From NCBI GenBank assembly GCA_951406725.2, contig OX597814.1, positions 158,844,001 through 158,908,000 of the forward strand: 64,000 nt of DNA, written 5' to 3'. Position 1 is the first letter of the stretch. Each line of letters opens with the position of its first letter. Shown here piece by piece: positions 41,401 to 55,853 of this stretch. The position numbers and the translations under genes were made by a program. The notes below the pieces were generated by a model. It was not told the origin of the DNA, did not search any database, and saw only the letters and a list, made by a program, of their open reading frames with translations. Source of the DNA: Octopus vulgaris. Its lineage: Eukaryota.

Positions 41401-44400
41401 CATGGGTTAGACAGTTTGACTGGAACTGGTAAGTTGGAGAGCTGCATCAGGTCCCAGTCTGATTTAGCATGTTTTCTATGGCTGGATGCCCTTCCAAGAT
41501 TGTAATGGGTGCTTTTATGTGCCACTGGCATGGGTGCCATTTACATGACATGGGCAATGGTTACAACTACGATTTCACAAGTGCCATTTATATGACACAG
41601 GCAGGACACCATTTACATGACATTGGCAACACCCATGACTAAGATTTCATAGGTGCCATTTACATGACACTGGCAACAGCCATGACTCAGCAACATAATG
41701 TTAATTAAACATTTTGAAATTCTTACATGTCTTAGTACTTCTCCAAGGCTATATATATCTCCTGGAAATTCTTCAACCTTTTCCAGCAAACGAAGATGCT
41801 CAACTCTTTTAATTATTTTCATAAGCATTTCAATAGCCTTTTCAAGATCTTTCACACCATCTCCAGCAGTTACAGTGTAACGTAAGCAATCCTAAATGAA
41901 AGAGACAGTTGAACATTTTTATAATATCAAAATGATAAAGCATTTTCAAATTTATAACATATTTATGAAATGATTGAGCATAGTATTTATGAAATGATTG
42001 AGAATAGTTGTACATGATATGCTTAAAAATCACAAATAAAATGATATCAAACTGTAAATCATTAAATGCATTGCCAAAGCTCTAATACTTTTGTTCTAAA
42101 GAAGTATTAGTACTTTAGAGCGTCAAAGATGTAAAACATTTGTGATACTCATAAATGTCTACTATTTATTACTTGTTCTATGTTTAAGGCTCTAATATCA
42201 AAAGAGAATGCTTAAAGCCAAAACAGTAGAATTTCAAGTGCTATTTTTAATCCCAAAGTTATAAGATGATAATTTACAATCCATTTTATACGTTTCCCCC
42301 ATTGTAAAGCTTTTGATTTTAAGAGTATACAATCATCACTGGTATAATATATACTCATATTAATATCATCCCACTGAAGATAGTTCTTAAAGAGACTTTA
42401 TTCAAATAAATTGTTTGAGGGTTAAGTATTCAATTTGACAAAGACTAGTAGTATAATAATTAACAGAGAAGCCAAACTACAGCTTTGATTATTTTTCACT
42501 AGTCTAAATTATTACCAGGATTTGCTGCAATATTTAGTGCAGTTTTGTATGCTTTGGGAGTTTGCAGTGCTTTGTTTTGGCCTTGTGCATCTAAAATATC
42601 CTCTGTGATGTGTGTTAAACATATTGTAGTGCCATATTCTGTATGTTGTGTAATTTCTGAATCCTGAGGTTTTAATTGTTTTTATCTGCATCTTTTTAAT
42701 TATCTTTTTAATCAAGACTCCCTGTTATAAGGACTGTTTCTAGTTTCAATGGGATTGTTGTTGGTTTCTAAGGGGTTGTTTCTGTTTTTGAGTTGTTTTT
42801 CTTTCCTGATTGCTATTTATCATCATGAGCTCAACAGTTGTATACATGTTTATACAGTTTTATACCATCATGTGCATAGTCTTCTACAGTTTCCTTTAAA
42901 AAATATCAGGCCCTGTGACTGTGCAAGAATTCATTGAAGAGGCAGAATTGGTAGGGCATCAAAGTATTTTGCAGAATCTAATCACATTCCTTTGCTATTA
43001 GGATAGATTTTGCCTTTAATTCAGCTTCCATAAAATAAGTACTATTAATATACAGGCTGATTTTATTAATTGTTTCTCCCCCACCCCCCGAAATTCCTAG
43101 TTTGGTACCAATCTAAGAAATGAAGTCCTCAATAATATCACAATAACAAAACAAAACATTATGTTTATACATCATTATTCTTATATTAGTATCAAATGAA
43201 CTGAATTATATAAGTTTTCTTTTGAGTTATTGTCGATATTGTAATTAAAAATGATTTTGGTTAAACATAGGGAAAATAATTCTGATTTAATTATTAATGT
43301 TAAAGCTTTCAGTAATTACTATTGATTTTATACTTAATATGAATGTTTTTCAAAGAAATGATAAAATCAACTTACCTTAAGTATTTGTTCATAAATACTT
43401 AATCTTTTGAGTGGACAAGCCAAATATTCAACAAGGGATTTATCAGAAATTGGACATGTCTATAAGCAAAATAAAGAAATACACATTTTTATAATTTACA
43501 TATTACCCAGACTTTTATTAAAACAGAATTATAGTATTAAGAATATCAGATTCTATATTTTAAACATACAAGAAAAATAGTTAGATGTCTTAGAATTATT
43601 TAATAGTTGTAATCTATAAGGAGTCAAAAGTAAGGAAGGTTATATTATTTAGCAAATGTATGTTTCATAGCAGTAAACAAAGGAATGAAAATTAAGAATT
43701 TTATAAATAATTTTGAAATAAATGTTAAAGAATGCACTTTGTATTAATAACAAAAATATATGTATACTGTTATACATATATTTCATATTAAAGTAAAATC
43801 ATTCATGAACTTATACATTTTGATACAACCACTATTTGAGCAAATTTTCTGTTTACCCCTCTCAGGCAAGAGTTCAGCTCTATTGAGAGTTTCTTATTAA
43901 TGAATTTGAAAAAAATAAAAACGACGATCATGTTATGTAGTAGAAGCATTATTTCTAATCCCTAACTGCAAATATATAGTACCAAGATTTTCTATACAAT
44001 CATCAATCATAGTTTCATAGCTATTTATGATTTTAAAAGCTACAATTGTAACTAATTTTCAACACTGTGAGTAGTCTTAGTTATTTTTCACTTCAAAATT
44101 CAACTTGTCCTCAACGTTTATAAGTTGTTTCACATGCCCTCAATGTTTACAAGTTGTGTTTCTACCATACCGGTAACACTGCATATATAACATGATAGAA
44201 ATTACATCAGCAATTGATCTATGCAGATCATCTGATGAGAAAAATTTCTTTGTACAATACACAATTTTAAAACTTTTAAAATATCTCAGCAGTTGTACAT
44301 TTTGGTCCTTTATTAAAAATATCTCTTCCAGTTTTCCTCCATACTTCTGTCAAAAATTCTCTACTCCTGCAGATAAAGCTTTCACACCACTGACCCATTT

Positions 44401-47303
44401 TGTTAGAACTCAGTCTATATATGCACATCAAATACTCTCCAACAACTTTAAAGTGGGACTGTTAATAGTAAACAACTAAACTTAATATCACTTTGAACCT
44501 TCACAAACTCCTTCATTATATAGCAATGGTAAGCTGCTTTTAAAAATTCAGTAAAAATAATGTTGGTCTTTTCATGAAGACTAAGGGAATCTACTACTTT
44601 CTTTTATTACTTAGGAAGAAAGACTGGTGAATGGGGAGTGGAGTATTATCCTAAAACCAGAGATCTGTCTCAAATGTTTGCAACAAAGTGAACTCCTCTA
44701 AAAGTATTTGAGGATATGTTGATGGTGCTAAAGCAGGTAATGGATTATACTTACTACCCAAGTAGGCTACATCAAGATTTAAACTTAGTATGCAAAGAGA
44801 TGGAATAAATACTACAAGGTACCCCATCCAATGCTGCCATTCTAACACTTTAGACTGGTAGCATTGAAAAGAAGAATGAAAAGCAAATTGATCTCAATAG
44901 GATTTGAGCTTAGAATGCAGACAACTAGAATAGATACAAGGTACTTCATCTAATGCAAAAAATGCTTACTACCTAAAAATTGAATTATACACCTCAGCCA
45001 TTCACAATTCCCAAAATTACTGCACAATCTTCAATAATCTATCATAGTGATAACATGTATCTAACATAACTGCATTATGTTTTCTATATGCTAAAAGATA
45101 TTTTAACCTTAAAATGTGATAATCCTTTTTAAAAAGTTCTAATATGCTTTTTACTGTTTCCAGATCTCTGAAATTACACTTTGCTTTATATATAGATGTA
45201 CAAACATTATAAATTACATCTAAGAAAAATCTCTGCAAAGGAAATACAATTATATTCTCCACTGCTAATACCACAAGCTCACTGCTGAGTTATGTAATTT
45301 CTGAGAAATATCTGCTCTGAACTTGATTGTATTATTTCCCAAGTTAAATCTATTCAAAGTCTCTTCTACATTTTCCCTTCATCCCTGCAATTTCCTTCCT
45401 TATATTCCATAATGACCCTCATTAAATATTTCAGTATATTTTTCTTTCTCATAACAACATTCTTCTAGAACTGTCTTTCCACCAAGATCTTGGCTGTAAC
45501 AATTAATATAAGCATTATTTACTGTCATGCAGTTATTCCTACGTTCAATTCTTGGAAGACATAAACAGATTTAAAGCACTAGGTATTAGCTCCAGATTAC
45601 AAATTGAAAAAAAAAAGATATAAAAACAATGGAGATACCTTCAAATATTCTTTTGCTTCTTCTGTAGCTAAGAGAATTTCAGCCTCTGGCCGATGATATA
45701 AAAATGGAATATACATTTGGAATTTCTCAGCCTATAAAGCATAAAAATTGAATAATGTATTAGATAATCTTGAAGTGCTGTAGTATTTAATACATAATAT
45801 AATACCAAAATTTTGTTGGAATGTATTTTAAATAACACTGGACATAAATTGTAAATTTGGAAATTATGTAATCTAAAATTTTTACAAATTTGTTATTTTA
45901 ACAATTGATTGTATAAATTTATTGAAATTAAAAATTATTAACAAATATAATTAAAAAATGATTTATTTTGTATTAAATTAAGCAAAAATAGTAAGCATAT
46001 GAACAATTTGTTACTAATGTATGCAGATTATTGTAGGAAGAAAATTACAAAACATTGTTAAGCTATAGTATAAAAAGAGGGAATAGTTTTATTTTTGCAT
46101 TTTCAACTATTTTATAAGAGGTACACTTTTCAAAAACATGAAAAGAAAGAAAGAAAGAAACTCACCATTTTAAGAAAAGATCCACCAATTTTAGATGGGA
46201 AGCAGGCACATTCACAAAGTTCATTCATAAAGATACTGAAAAATATATCATCATTCCATAATATTAGATAATGTGAACTCTAACCAATTTTCAAAACATC
46301 TAAATCACTCATCAAAAATTGTGAAATCAATATGGAAACAATAAAATATCAAAGCAACTAAGAAGCAATTTCTTAACTATACATGACCAGGTCATTTCCT
46401 GTTGCTATGCTGCCAGTAAAATATTTGTTAATCATGCTCATACCTTCACCAAATTGCTTACTATTCTTTTTTAAAGTATGTTGCCTTGTCTATATGTTGA
46501 AAGACACAGAAACACACACACAACCCCCATCCTCAAAATAACTATATATATCATATGTATATATACTTATAGTCTTTGTTTGAAGTGTGTTGCATTGTAT
46601 TGATAGACTTGCACTTACAATTTCTGCAGTTTAAATCAAAACTTGTTAGTTAATATGGTGATAACCAACCAACCAACCAACCAACCAACCTACCTACCAA
46701 CCTACCTACCTACCTACCTACCTACCTACCTACCTATCTACCTACCTATCTACCTGCCCACCTACATATCTATCTATTTATCTATTCTTCACACACATTC
46801 TCACACATTCTCTCTCTCTTTCTCCTTTAAAAACAACTTTTTCTCCTCCATTTCTTGTAAAAATATGTTGTGACGTATATTTTGATTCCTTCCCTTTTGA
46901 CGGATAGACAGAGGGAGATCTACTCTTTTATAATATAAGATGTAAGTACATTGAATACAAAACTATCCCTTACATTAGCACTAGATCAGAAATTCAGAGG
47001 GAAGAGATATAGCTAAATCAATTAGCCCCAATATATGGCTGTAACTTATTTTATTAACTCTACTAGAATGGAAAAATCAAAGTTCATTTCAGCATGATTT
47101 GAACTCAGAGTATAAATGAACAAAACTAAATCCTATAAGACATCTTTGGCATTATAATTTCAGCCATTCTCCTACATTTCTTATGGGAGATGATTTTAGT
47201 AGATGAAGTAAAAGAATTTGAAGACAAGCATGCAAAGAGTTCTCTGTCATCTGATTTTATAAGTTTATCTTCCTCAGTTTATTAAATATACTGTTCTCTC
47301 TCT

Positions 47304-47372
<69 letters not shown>

Positions 47373-49723
47373 GCACACACACACTGTGTAATTGGATAAG
47401 CTGGAGCTATAGTTTTAGAGAAGCTTGCTTTGTATTTGACTCTTTCAAATCTTTACCTTACTGACAAACTACTTCAGTCCAAGATTTTAATACTTTCAGA
47501 ATTCTTTTTTACTGCACTAATGATCCTCAGTTTTGATCTGCTATCCATTCGCAAAGCCTTTATTTTCATTTCATGTAAATTACAATCATTTTCACAGATT
47601 AAATCAGATATCTTTTATCAGTTTTAGTAACATTAACCTTGTCTCGAAGGATAATGATTCCATATACATTATTTTATTTCATTTACTAGGATGCATATAT
47701 CAATATAATCATCATTTTCATTATTAATTTAACATGTTAGAGTCTTTATTATCATCATCATCATTGTTGTTGTCTTTGCAGTTATTGTATTAGAATATGA
47801 AGTTGGATATAAATAGCATGTCTTTTTATGCGGGATGCAAAAAAGAGGAAAAAATACAAGATGATAATCAATCAAATAGCTTATAATGCAAATATGGCTT
47901 ATATACCACACCTGTCTTCTTCACAATTTAGCACCTTGTCAATTAGCCACACCCATCTTCAGCAGAAGAAAGCATGTTGTGTCAGTAAGCCACACCCAGG
48001 ATTAATGTGGTGAATTCAAATTACATTGGGGTCAGTTTTAATTTTCATCAATCAAGGATCAATAAAATAAGAACTATTACTATACAGGGGCTGATTTACT
48101 TCACTATATCCATCTTTCTCACAAATCATAAACTTCTACAAATGTGAAAAATCATTATTTAAAGATATAACTACATTACAATAGCTTCCAAAATCTATAG
48201 CTTTCATAATACTTACTTTTTATGGAAATCATAAATATCTTTGATGTTACCAAATAGTATGTCTTTATTATCTTTGAGACATGCAGGTACATCTGGTTTA
48301 TCCATTTGATTATAAAATGTATCCATCAGTGTTTCTAAGTCATGGAGATACTCTCGTTCTGTTTCCAGGATGTCAGTCAGAGCATATCTGTTAATCATTA
48401 AAAACAAAAATTATAAAATGATTTTCAAGATAACAATAATGCTATGAAAAAAAAAATTGAAAACAAAACTAATCAGTGTTAAAACAAATTAATTCACATT
48501 CCAAAAGGCAACAGAAAATAAATATAAAGCTAATTAAAAAAGGAAATAAAATGAATATACACATATATTATAAATTTAGCACCAGTTGTTCAATTATTAG
48601 CAGCTTTCAACTGAAGTGAGTTTTCATTACATCTAGCAAGAAAAGGAGACAATAAGTAACATAAGCTTCTATTATAACTATGAATACCATGAGGAGAAAT
48701 ATAGTTTAATAGGATACCCATTTATATATAAAAACTAAAATACAACTTCCTTCAATTTGTCAATTATTTGATTAATACAGAATTTTTATTATAACATTTG
48801 TACAGATTTCAAATCTAAAAATTAATTTTGCATGCTTTCTATGTGACAGAAACAAAAATATAAAGACAGATACAATTACAGATTTCAGGCTTTTTATTTG
48901 CAAAACATATATAAACACAACTTGAATTTAATTGTAAGAGTGCATTATCAAAGCATGCTAAAGTATACTGTCAATTTTCACTTATCAAACAAATTCCTTA
49001 AACTGGAATTCAGTTAATAGTTTTCTAATTTGATGGAAAAATATAGTATAATAAATAAGGGAATTATAGAATTTTTGAATTTAAGAAATAAATATTTCAG
49101 AAAAATCATTAAAAAATTTACTATCTTTCAGGGTACCATGCAAAAGTTAATTTTCATGTCTATTTCAGCTTTGTAAATGAATTCTAAAGTAGTACAAATT
49201 ATATTTTCAATAGCAAGTCATGTTTAAAAAACTTTACTCCTAAAATATTTTAGTCAGAATATTTACAATATGCATCAAGTTTCATTTTCCTTCCTTTTTA
49301 ATAAATTTCTAGACTTAGTAATGTTATATCATTGAAAAAAATAAAATACATTAAAAAGCCACTGCACAACCAATACCATTTGCTTCAGTTAAATGCTAAT
49401 AAAGAGAAAATATATTTGTAAAAAACACAGACAGACAGACTGACAGACAAATGAGGAAGACAATGCAATTTATATGAGTTGTTCAAACATTTAACTCTTC
49501 AACAGCAACCACCGACTGAAATTGCAAATGCAATAAGAAAAATAATCAGTTTCTTTTATAAGATAAATCTGATAAAATTAATATGATGAAATATTAAAGA
49601 ATTTGAAATATTTAAGGTACAAAATCCTTTGGAGGAATCCATTTATTGGAAATATGTTTCTGGGTAGAAATTAAAAGGATGTACAAAAGAAACATCACTG
49701 ACCATAAATAATAAGTCAGTGCT

Positions 49724-49765
<42 letters not shown>

Positions 49766-49852
49766 TATAGATATACATACATATACATACATATATATAC
49801 ATATATATATATATACACACAGATATGTATGTATATATATATATATACACAC

Positions 49853-49912
<60 letters not shown>

Positions 49913-51408
49913 ATATATGTATAATATTTATTTATTCAGTATCATTCTCTCATTCCATTTAATTTGAAGGAAGTTGAAATTTATTATTCTATGATAAAAA
50001 TATCAAGTATGACTCCTTAGAAATTAATTCCTAGATATTCTTGTAGTTTCAAAAGTTTTGAAGTAAACATTACAGATGAGACAACAATTTGAAAAGTATA
50101 TACTAAATATTTTTTGCAAAACACATTACAAGTAATTTAGGTTTTGTTACATATATTTTGTTATAATATAAACTAAAGTGAAAGTATGGTATTCACACAT
50201 AAAAAAAAAAATTAGTCTCCTTTAAAAGAAAATGCAAAAGCTTTTAAGTCAGAGCAGCTCATGAAATTTTCCCTAATTTCTACACACTGCCATGCAGTAT
50301 CTGCTGGTATTTCTGCTCTGGAATCAAAGTTTTACTCACGCCATCAGTTGGGGTCCAACTGTCAGAGACTGAGTTCTATCTAACTCGGTGAAAGGGCTAC
50401 AAGAAATCAATAATACAGCCAGTTGGATCAGAAACAAAACACATAATTAGTCCTTAAAGTGGCCAATAAGAGAAATATTTTGGAAAATGTTTATTTTCAA
50501 TGTTATTAGTTTTCATTTTCTTAAAATGTATTTTTGTAACAGAAATTCTTTAAAAAAGACGATTAAAAACATTTAAATTCGCCAATAAACCTGGAAGAAA
50601 ATAAAGTATTATGGAAAATTTTGAAAGAGAATATAATAATTCATATATATATATTAACCAGTTCAGTGCCATGTAGCATTTCAAAAATACTGTTTCAGTA
50701 TTGTTATTAGCAATATAAAAACTTAACTGTAAATACACTCAAAAATTCAAAAATTAGTATAAATACACATAGCAATATATGAACTATATTTCAACATTGT
50801 TTTATCCCCTGTGTAACATTAATTTCTGTCAAAAAAGAAGGGAATTTAAGCTTGATATATTTCTTTAAAATGACAGTGAACTGGTTAGAACTCATTGATA
50901 AATGCAAAAACAAATTTCAAAACTGAAAACAAATTAATTGAAAGTACTACTAATAATACTATGTACAAAATTTTGAAAATTTCAGTTTCTTTTTCTTTCA
51001 GATTTTACGATAATCTGTCAAGAAATACAATATAAACAGTTAAATGCAGTATATTAAACAGAATTTTCTAGATTAAAATTGATTTCACTACTTTTAAAAT
51101 TGAATTTTTTAAAAATATTTATTTTTAAAAAAAATCAAGTTTATTGGCTATAAACAGAAATAAAATCAATGAAAGTTATGGATATCTCCAGTAAAAAAAA
51201 ATAATTCTTATGTAATGCATAGCAAAAATTAATTTCAAAATTGTATATCTGTTCTAGACAGTAACTTTTAACTCTTCATGCCAATCCATGTCACAGAGAA
51301 TTCTTTTCCAATGCCTTCCTTAGATAACAAAAAAATAGATAAACTATTTACTAGCCCAAAGACATCCAGCTAAGAATAGATCATCTATGACCAATTAAAA
51401 ACATTATT

Positions 51409-51439
<31 letters not shown>

Positions 51440-54400
51440 TTATATTGGCAGAATCATTAGAGTATCAGAAAATATGCCTTGTATTTGTTCCTGTTCTTTA
51501 CATTCTGAGTTCAAATCTTACTGTTGTCAACTTTACCCTTCAGCACCCACTCAAGTACTAGGTTCAGCAGTATCAACTGTTAACTAATTCTAATCTCCTT
51601 AAAAATACTGGTACTTAATCAAAAGCTGCTGTTGTAGCACTACCAAGGTACCACCTTTTCATTGTGCAAAGGTGGTATCATAGCCAACAAGGTAAATCCA
51701 AAACATAGTTATTGCTACTTGAAATTATTATTATTATTGATATATGCAGATGTGCTTTTTCTCAGTCTGTGAGTTTTGAATATTTTACCAAATATATATA
51801 TTTAGATAATTTCCAACAGTAATCCTGCTACAACATGTCAAATGTCTACACACAGACTGGGGAGACGTTAGGTCAATCATATTTAGTTCTAGATATATTT
51901 TCTTGTTTTTGTTTACATCCAACTCAAGATGGTTACATGTCAAAGAAATTCCTCTTAAAAATGTAAAAAATGTAAAAATGAACTTAACTACATGGAAAAT
52001 AGAGGAAAAAAGAAATGGACCACAAACTTAATTTCATTGTAAGATTCACACATTGTGCAGGTAAAATTACTTTTTAAAATTAAAAAATCAATTTGAACTA
52101 TTTAAAGAATACTATTAACAAAAAGAATACACATTTTGTTAAACCAAGAAAGTGTTGTCTTTTAGAGTGATGAGTGGTAGCACCAATGAATGTAACTGTA
52201 GAAACCAGAGCCAACAGATTACATGTAAAGTACTACATGTGATTATTACATCAGTAACAGCAGAAGGAAAAGGAAAGAAACAAAAGAAAGAAATAAAAGA
52301 ATTAAAAATTTTCAGTAAAACCTTTGCTATATCCAAGACACTTGGTTTCACCTAAGAGTTGCTGTTTGGTTCAAGTCAGTCCTGACAGAGCTGACTAATG
52401 AGAAAAGACATTCCAGAAGTGATCATTCTAAATTTTCTTATGTGGAGGGAATCTAGGACCATATAATCTAATACATTTTTTCTCTGATGGTAAGGTGTAA
52501 AATGAAGGAGATTTGGATGCTATTTCTTGTAGGTCAAATGACTACTTTGAGGTTCTCACATTAAGTTAATATTTTTTGTGGTATAATTCAGTACTGAAAG
52601 TAGCTGCTTTGTAAAAGTGATGTGCTGACTTACAAACCCAGTTCAATTTTTCCAACAGGTATATCTAAATATACTATCATTATAAAATTTCAATGCTTGA
52701 AATATATGACTAAAAATTTGAATATATCTACATCTGATGACACTCTTAATTAAAGTCAGCTGAGAACAGTTCAAGTTAAAAATTATTGGCTTAGAATATC
52801 AGTGACTTATGATGGTTGTTGTATTGGGTGAGCTGCAAACCCAATGTCACCAAATTTCAAGCAGGGGTATAACAAAAGTTTTCCATTAAGATTCACAATT
52901 AAATTAATGAGAAAGGTTAATATTTATAATGAATTTGCCATTTTCAATGGGTGTGCAGTGCACATCTAGCACACCTGAAATGTACACCCATGTAGAATAT
53001 GATCCAAAAAATTTTAAATAAAATTATTCATCTTTTGTAATGTTATACTTAAACTTTTCAAATAATGTGAGCTATAGTAGAAGTATTCTTACTATGGACC
53101 CTTTTCACTAATTTTCGACATGGACACATCTAATTATTAAATTGGTATAGTTACTGAGATACTAAAGCATTCAGAAATATAATGCATGCAACAATATAGA
53201 ATTAAATACCCATTAAATAATTTTATAACAGAATTTTTCTAATATATATTCTACCATGTAGATATATTTTAAAATGAATGATGAAAACTTCAAAATATTT
53301 TTTATATAATTACAAAAGCAGAAGCAAAAAATATTTTAAAATAAGAAGTATGGGAAAAAAATCAATTAAAAGCAAATTAAAAACATTTTATAAGCTTAGA
53401 TACAAAAACTAGTAAGTAAAAACATAAAAGTTTCTAAATTTGAATAACAAAATGTACATTATGTAATGTAATCAGTCACAAATTAATATTCATAGGGAGA
53501 ATATTCACACTAAAAATAAACAGCATAAATTATTAGAGGAGGCATATTTAAATATTACACAAAATCCTTTTGTATGAAAAATCTTAGTAATATATTATCA
53601 TCATCATTGCTTTAACATCTGCTTTTCCATGCTTTCATGAGTAGGACAAAATTTATTAGGGAAGATTTCTATGATCCTTCCTATAGTTAGCCCTAACCTG
53701 CTTCCAAGCAAGGCAATATTTCTCCATTGCCAGATATGTGGTGTCAAGACAAGGAGACACAAGCATACAGACACACATTCACTAGCAATGAGAATTTGAA
53801 ATCAAATAAAAAATTTAACATTATTTATATGAAAGAATTAGAGTTGGATAAACTTTGCTTTCACCCCCTCACTCCACCCAAATAAGAATAACTTAAGTAT
53901 GTATTTATAACTTTCAAGTTAAAAGCCATTGAAGTAGGAAAAGGAAAAAACATAACTTGGAAAAAGAAACTCAAAGATGTCTCATTAACACTCATTTTCT
54001 ACAGAAGGAAATTATTGAAAACTTCAAATAAAAGAAAGAACACATTGGACAGCTTTGCATTCCTAAAGGATGGCATACTATGAAATGCTGTCATAGGTAC
54101 AGAAGTCCACATGGTCAATGAGCATCAAAGAGTAAATAGTGTGGTAGTTAAAACTTTGACACTTTCGGAGTTTGCCTGGTAAGCAGGAACAAAACTAGTT
54201 ATAGTAGGCTATATCCAAATGTTTGGCAGAATTTTGAATAATAGGTATAATTAGCCAACAACAAAACATATACTGGTAGCCAGTGTTCATGCTGCATACA
54301 TGAATAGCATAAATCATTTTTAATCATGAAATGACATTATTGAGAAGTTAAGTAATAGGGTCAATGTAATCAACTAGTATTCCTCCCCAGCTTACTGGCC

Positions 54401-55798
54401 TTATGCCAAAATTTAAAACCAATGTAACAAATAAGATTTAATAAATTTTAAAAATAACTCAGTGGTACACTGACTGAAAAAGTGTATATGCAGAGAATAT
54501 ATCTTCATTGAGAGAGTCCATGAATTCAGTGTTTCTCTACAGAAATGAAGCCAACCAGACTCCATGAATAATGTTAATCCCCTCCTTTATCACCTTCTAA
54601 CTCAATTCACTCTGTCTCCTCCATCATCATTGTCTCTCTCTCTCTTCCTTCACCCTCTTATCTTGGTTCTTCTGTCACCACTCTCTATTTTTTATTTACC
54701 TCCTCCTTTATTTATTCACTTTAATGAATAAAGTCATTGTTCACCTTTAGTGTTGTGGGATATAAGGCAATCTCACTAGTGCCAGTACTACAATAAATGC
54801 ACCCTGTTACACACTGTGAAATGGCCAGAGGATGATCAAAGACAAATACAGAGTTGAAAGACTCTTTAACCCTTTAGCACTTAACCAGCTATATCAGGCC
54901 CAAAAGTTGTTTTATACTCAAACCAGCTTGATCAGGCCTTTCAGACTTACCCTACTATGTCATTGTAAAAATAAACAATCACATCACTGAAATCTCAAAG
55001 CTACAGGATATAGTGTGAGTAACACAAAACAATGTGAATAAATAAGCACTGCATTTGACAAAATAATCTCAATGCTAAAGGATTAATCTTGCCAGAACAA
55101 TGACAATTTTTCTATTGTGCATGCTAAGCTAAAATGCACTTAGTACACGCAGTTCAGGTGTTGGTGTTATGAAGAGTATCCTACTGTAAAAACCTTGTTA
55201 AAAATGAAGTGTACTAGAGAGACATGGTCTTTTGACCACTCTAGGAGGGGAATAATTCAAAATAAGAACTGACTTGAACAAAGACAATCCAACCAACCCA
55301 TACAAACATGGAAATAGATGTAAAATGACAACGTATACATAAAAAAAAAATGAGCTAGGGGAAATAACTCAGAGTGGCCACTGTGAAGAACAAAGATGAA
55401 TAACAGTATATTAAATAACAAATAGGATAAATTCTTGATTTACTGAAATTATCTCCACTTCCAGAGAGAGAGAGAGAGTAGATTCCCTCCTTAGTGTCAG
55501 TTGGTACCAACTGCAAATGAGAAGAGATAATTCCAAGAGTCAAGAAGTCCCCAACATTTAAATTTATATCTATTAGTGTATACAGCTATGAAATACAGCT
55601 CTGAAAAATGACGGAAATATATCAAACATAGAGCTGAGTTAAATTGTTATTAAAAAAATATGTGTAACTCCTACCAAATGTTGAGTATAACTTTTATGAT
55701 TTATCCACTCACTCATATATATATAGCATGTATAAACATACATATATATACATGCATATATAATTTCATATGTATTCATATATATGTATATACATATG

Positions 55799-55853
<55 letters not shown>

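Noticed and set aside
42510-42960. Possible decayed RLE non-LTR endonuclease tail (PDIF..., ETV.ITGSL)
   Set aside because: Too degenerate, with motifs scattered across frames.
44190-45560. ORFs 44192..44479 and 45017..45274 inside DH introns
   Set aside because: No convincing domain and no splice sites compatible with the gene's frame. They are probably old transposon debris that I cannot classify.
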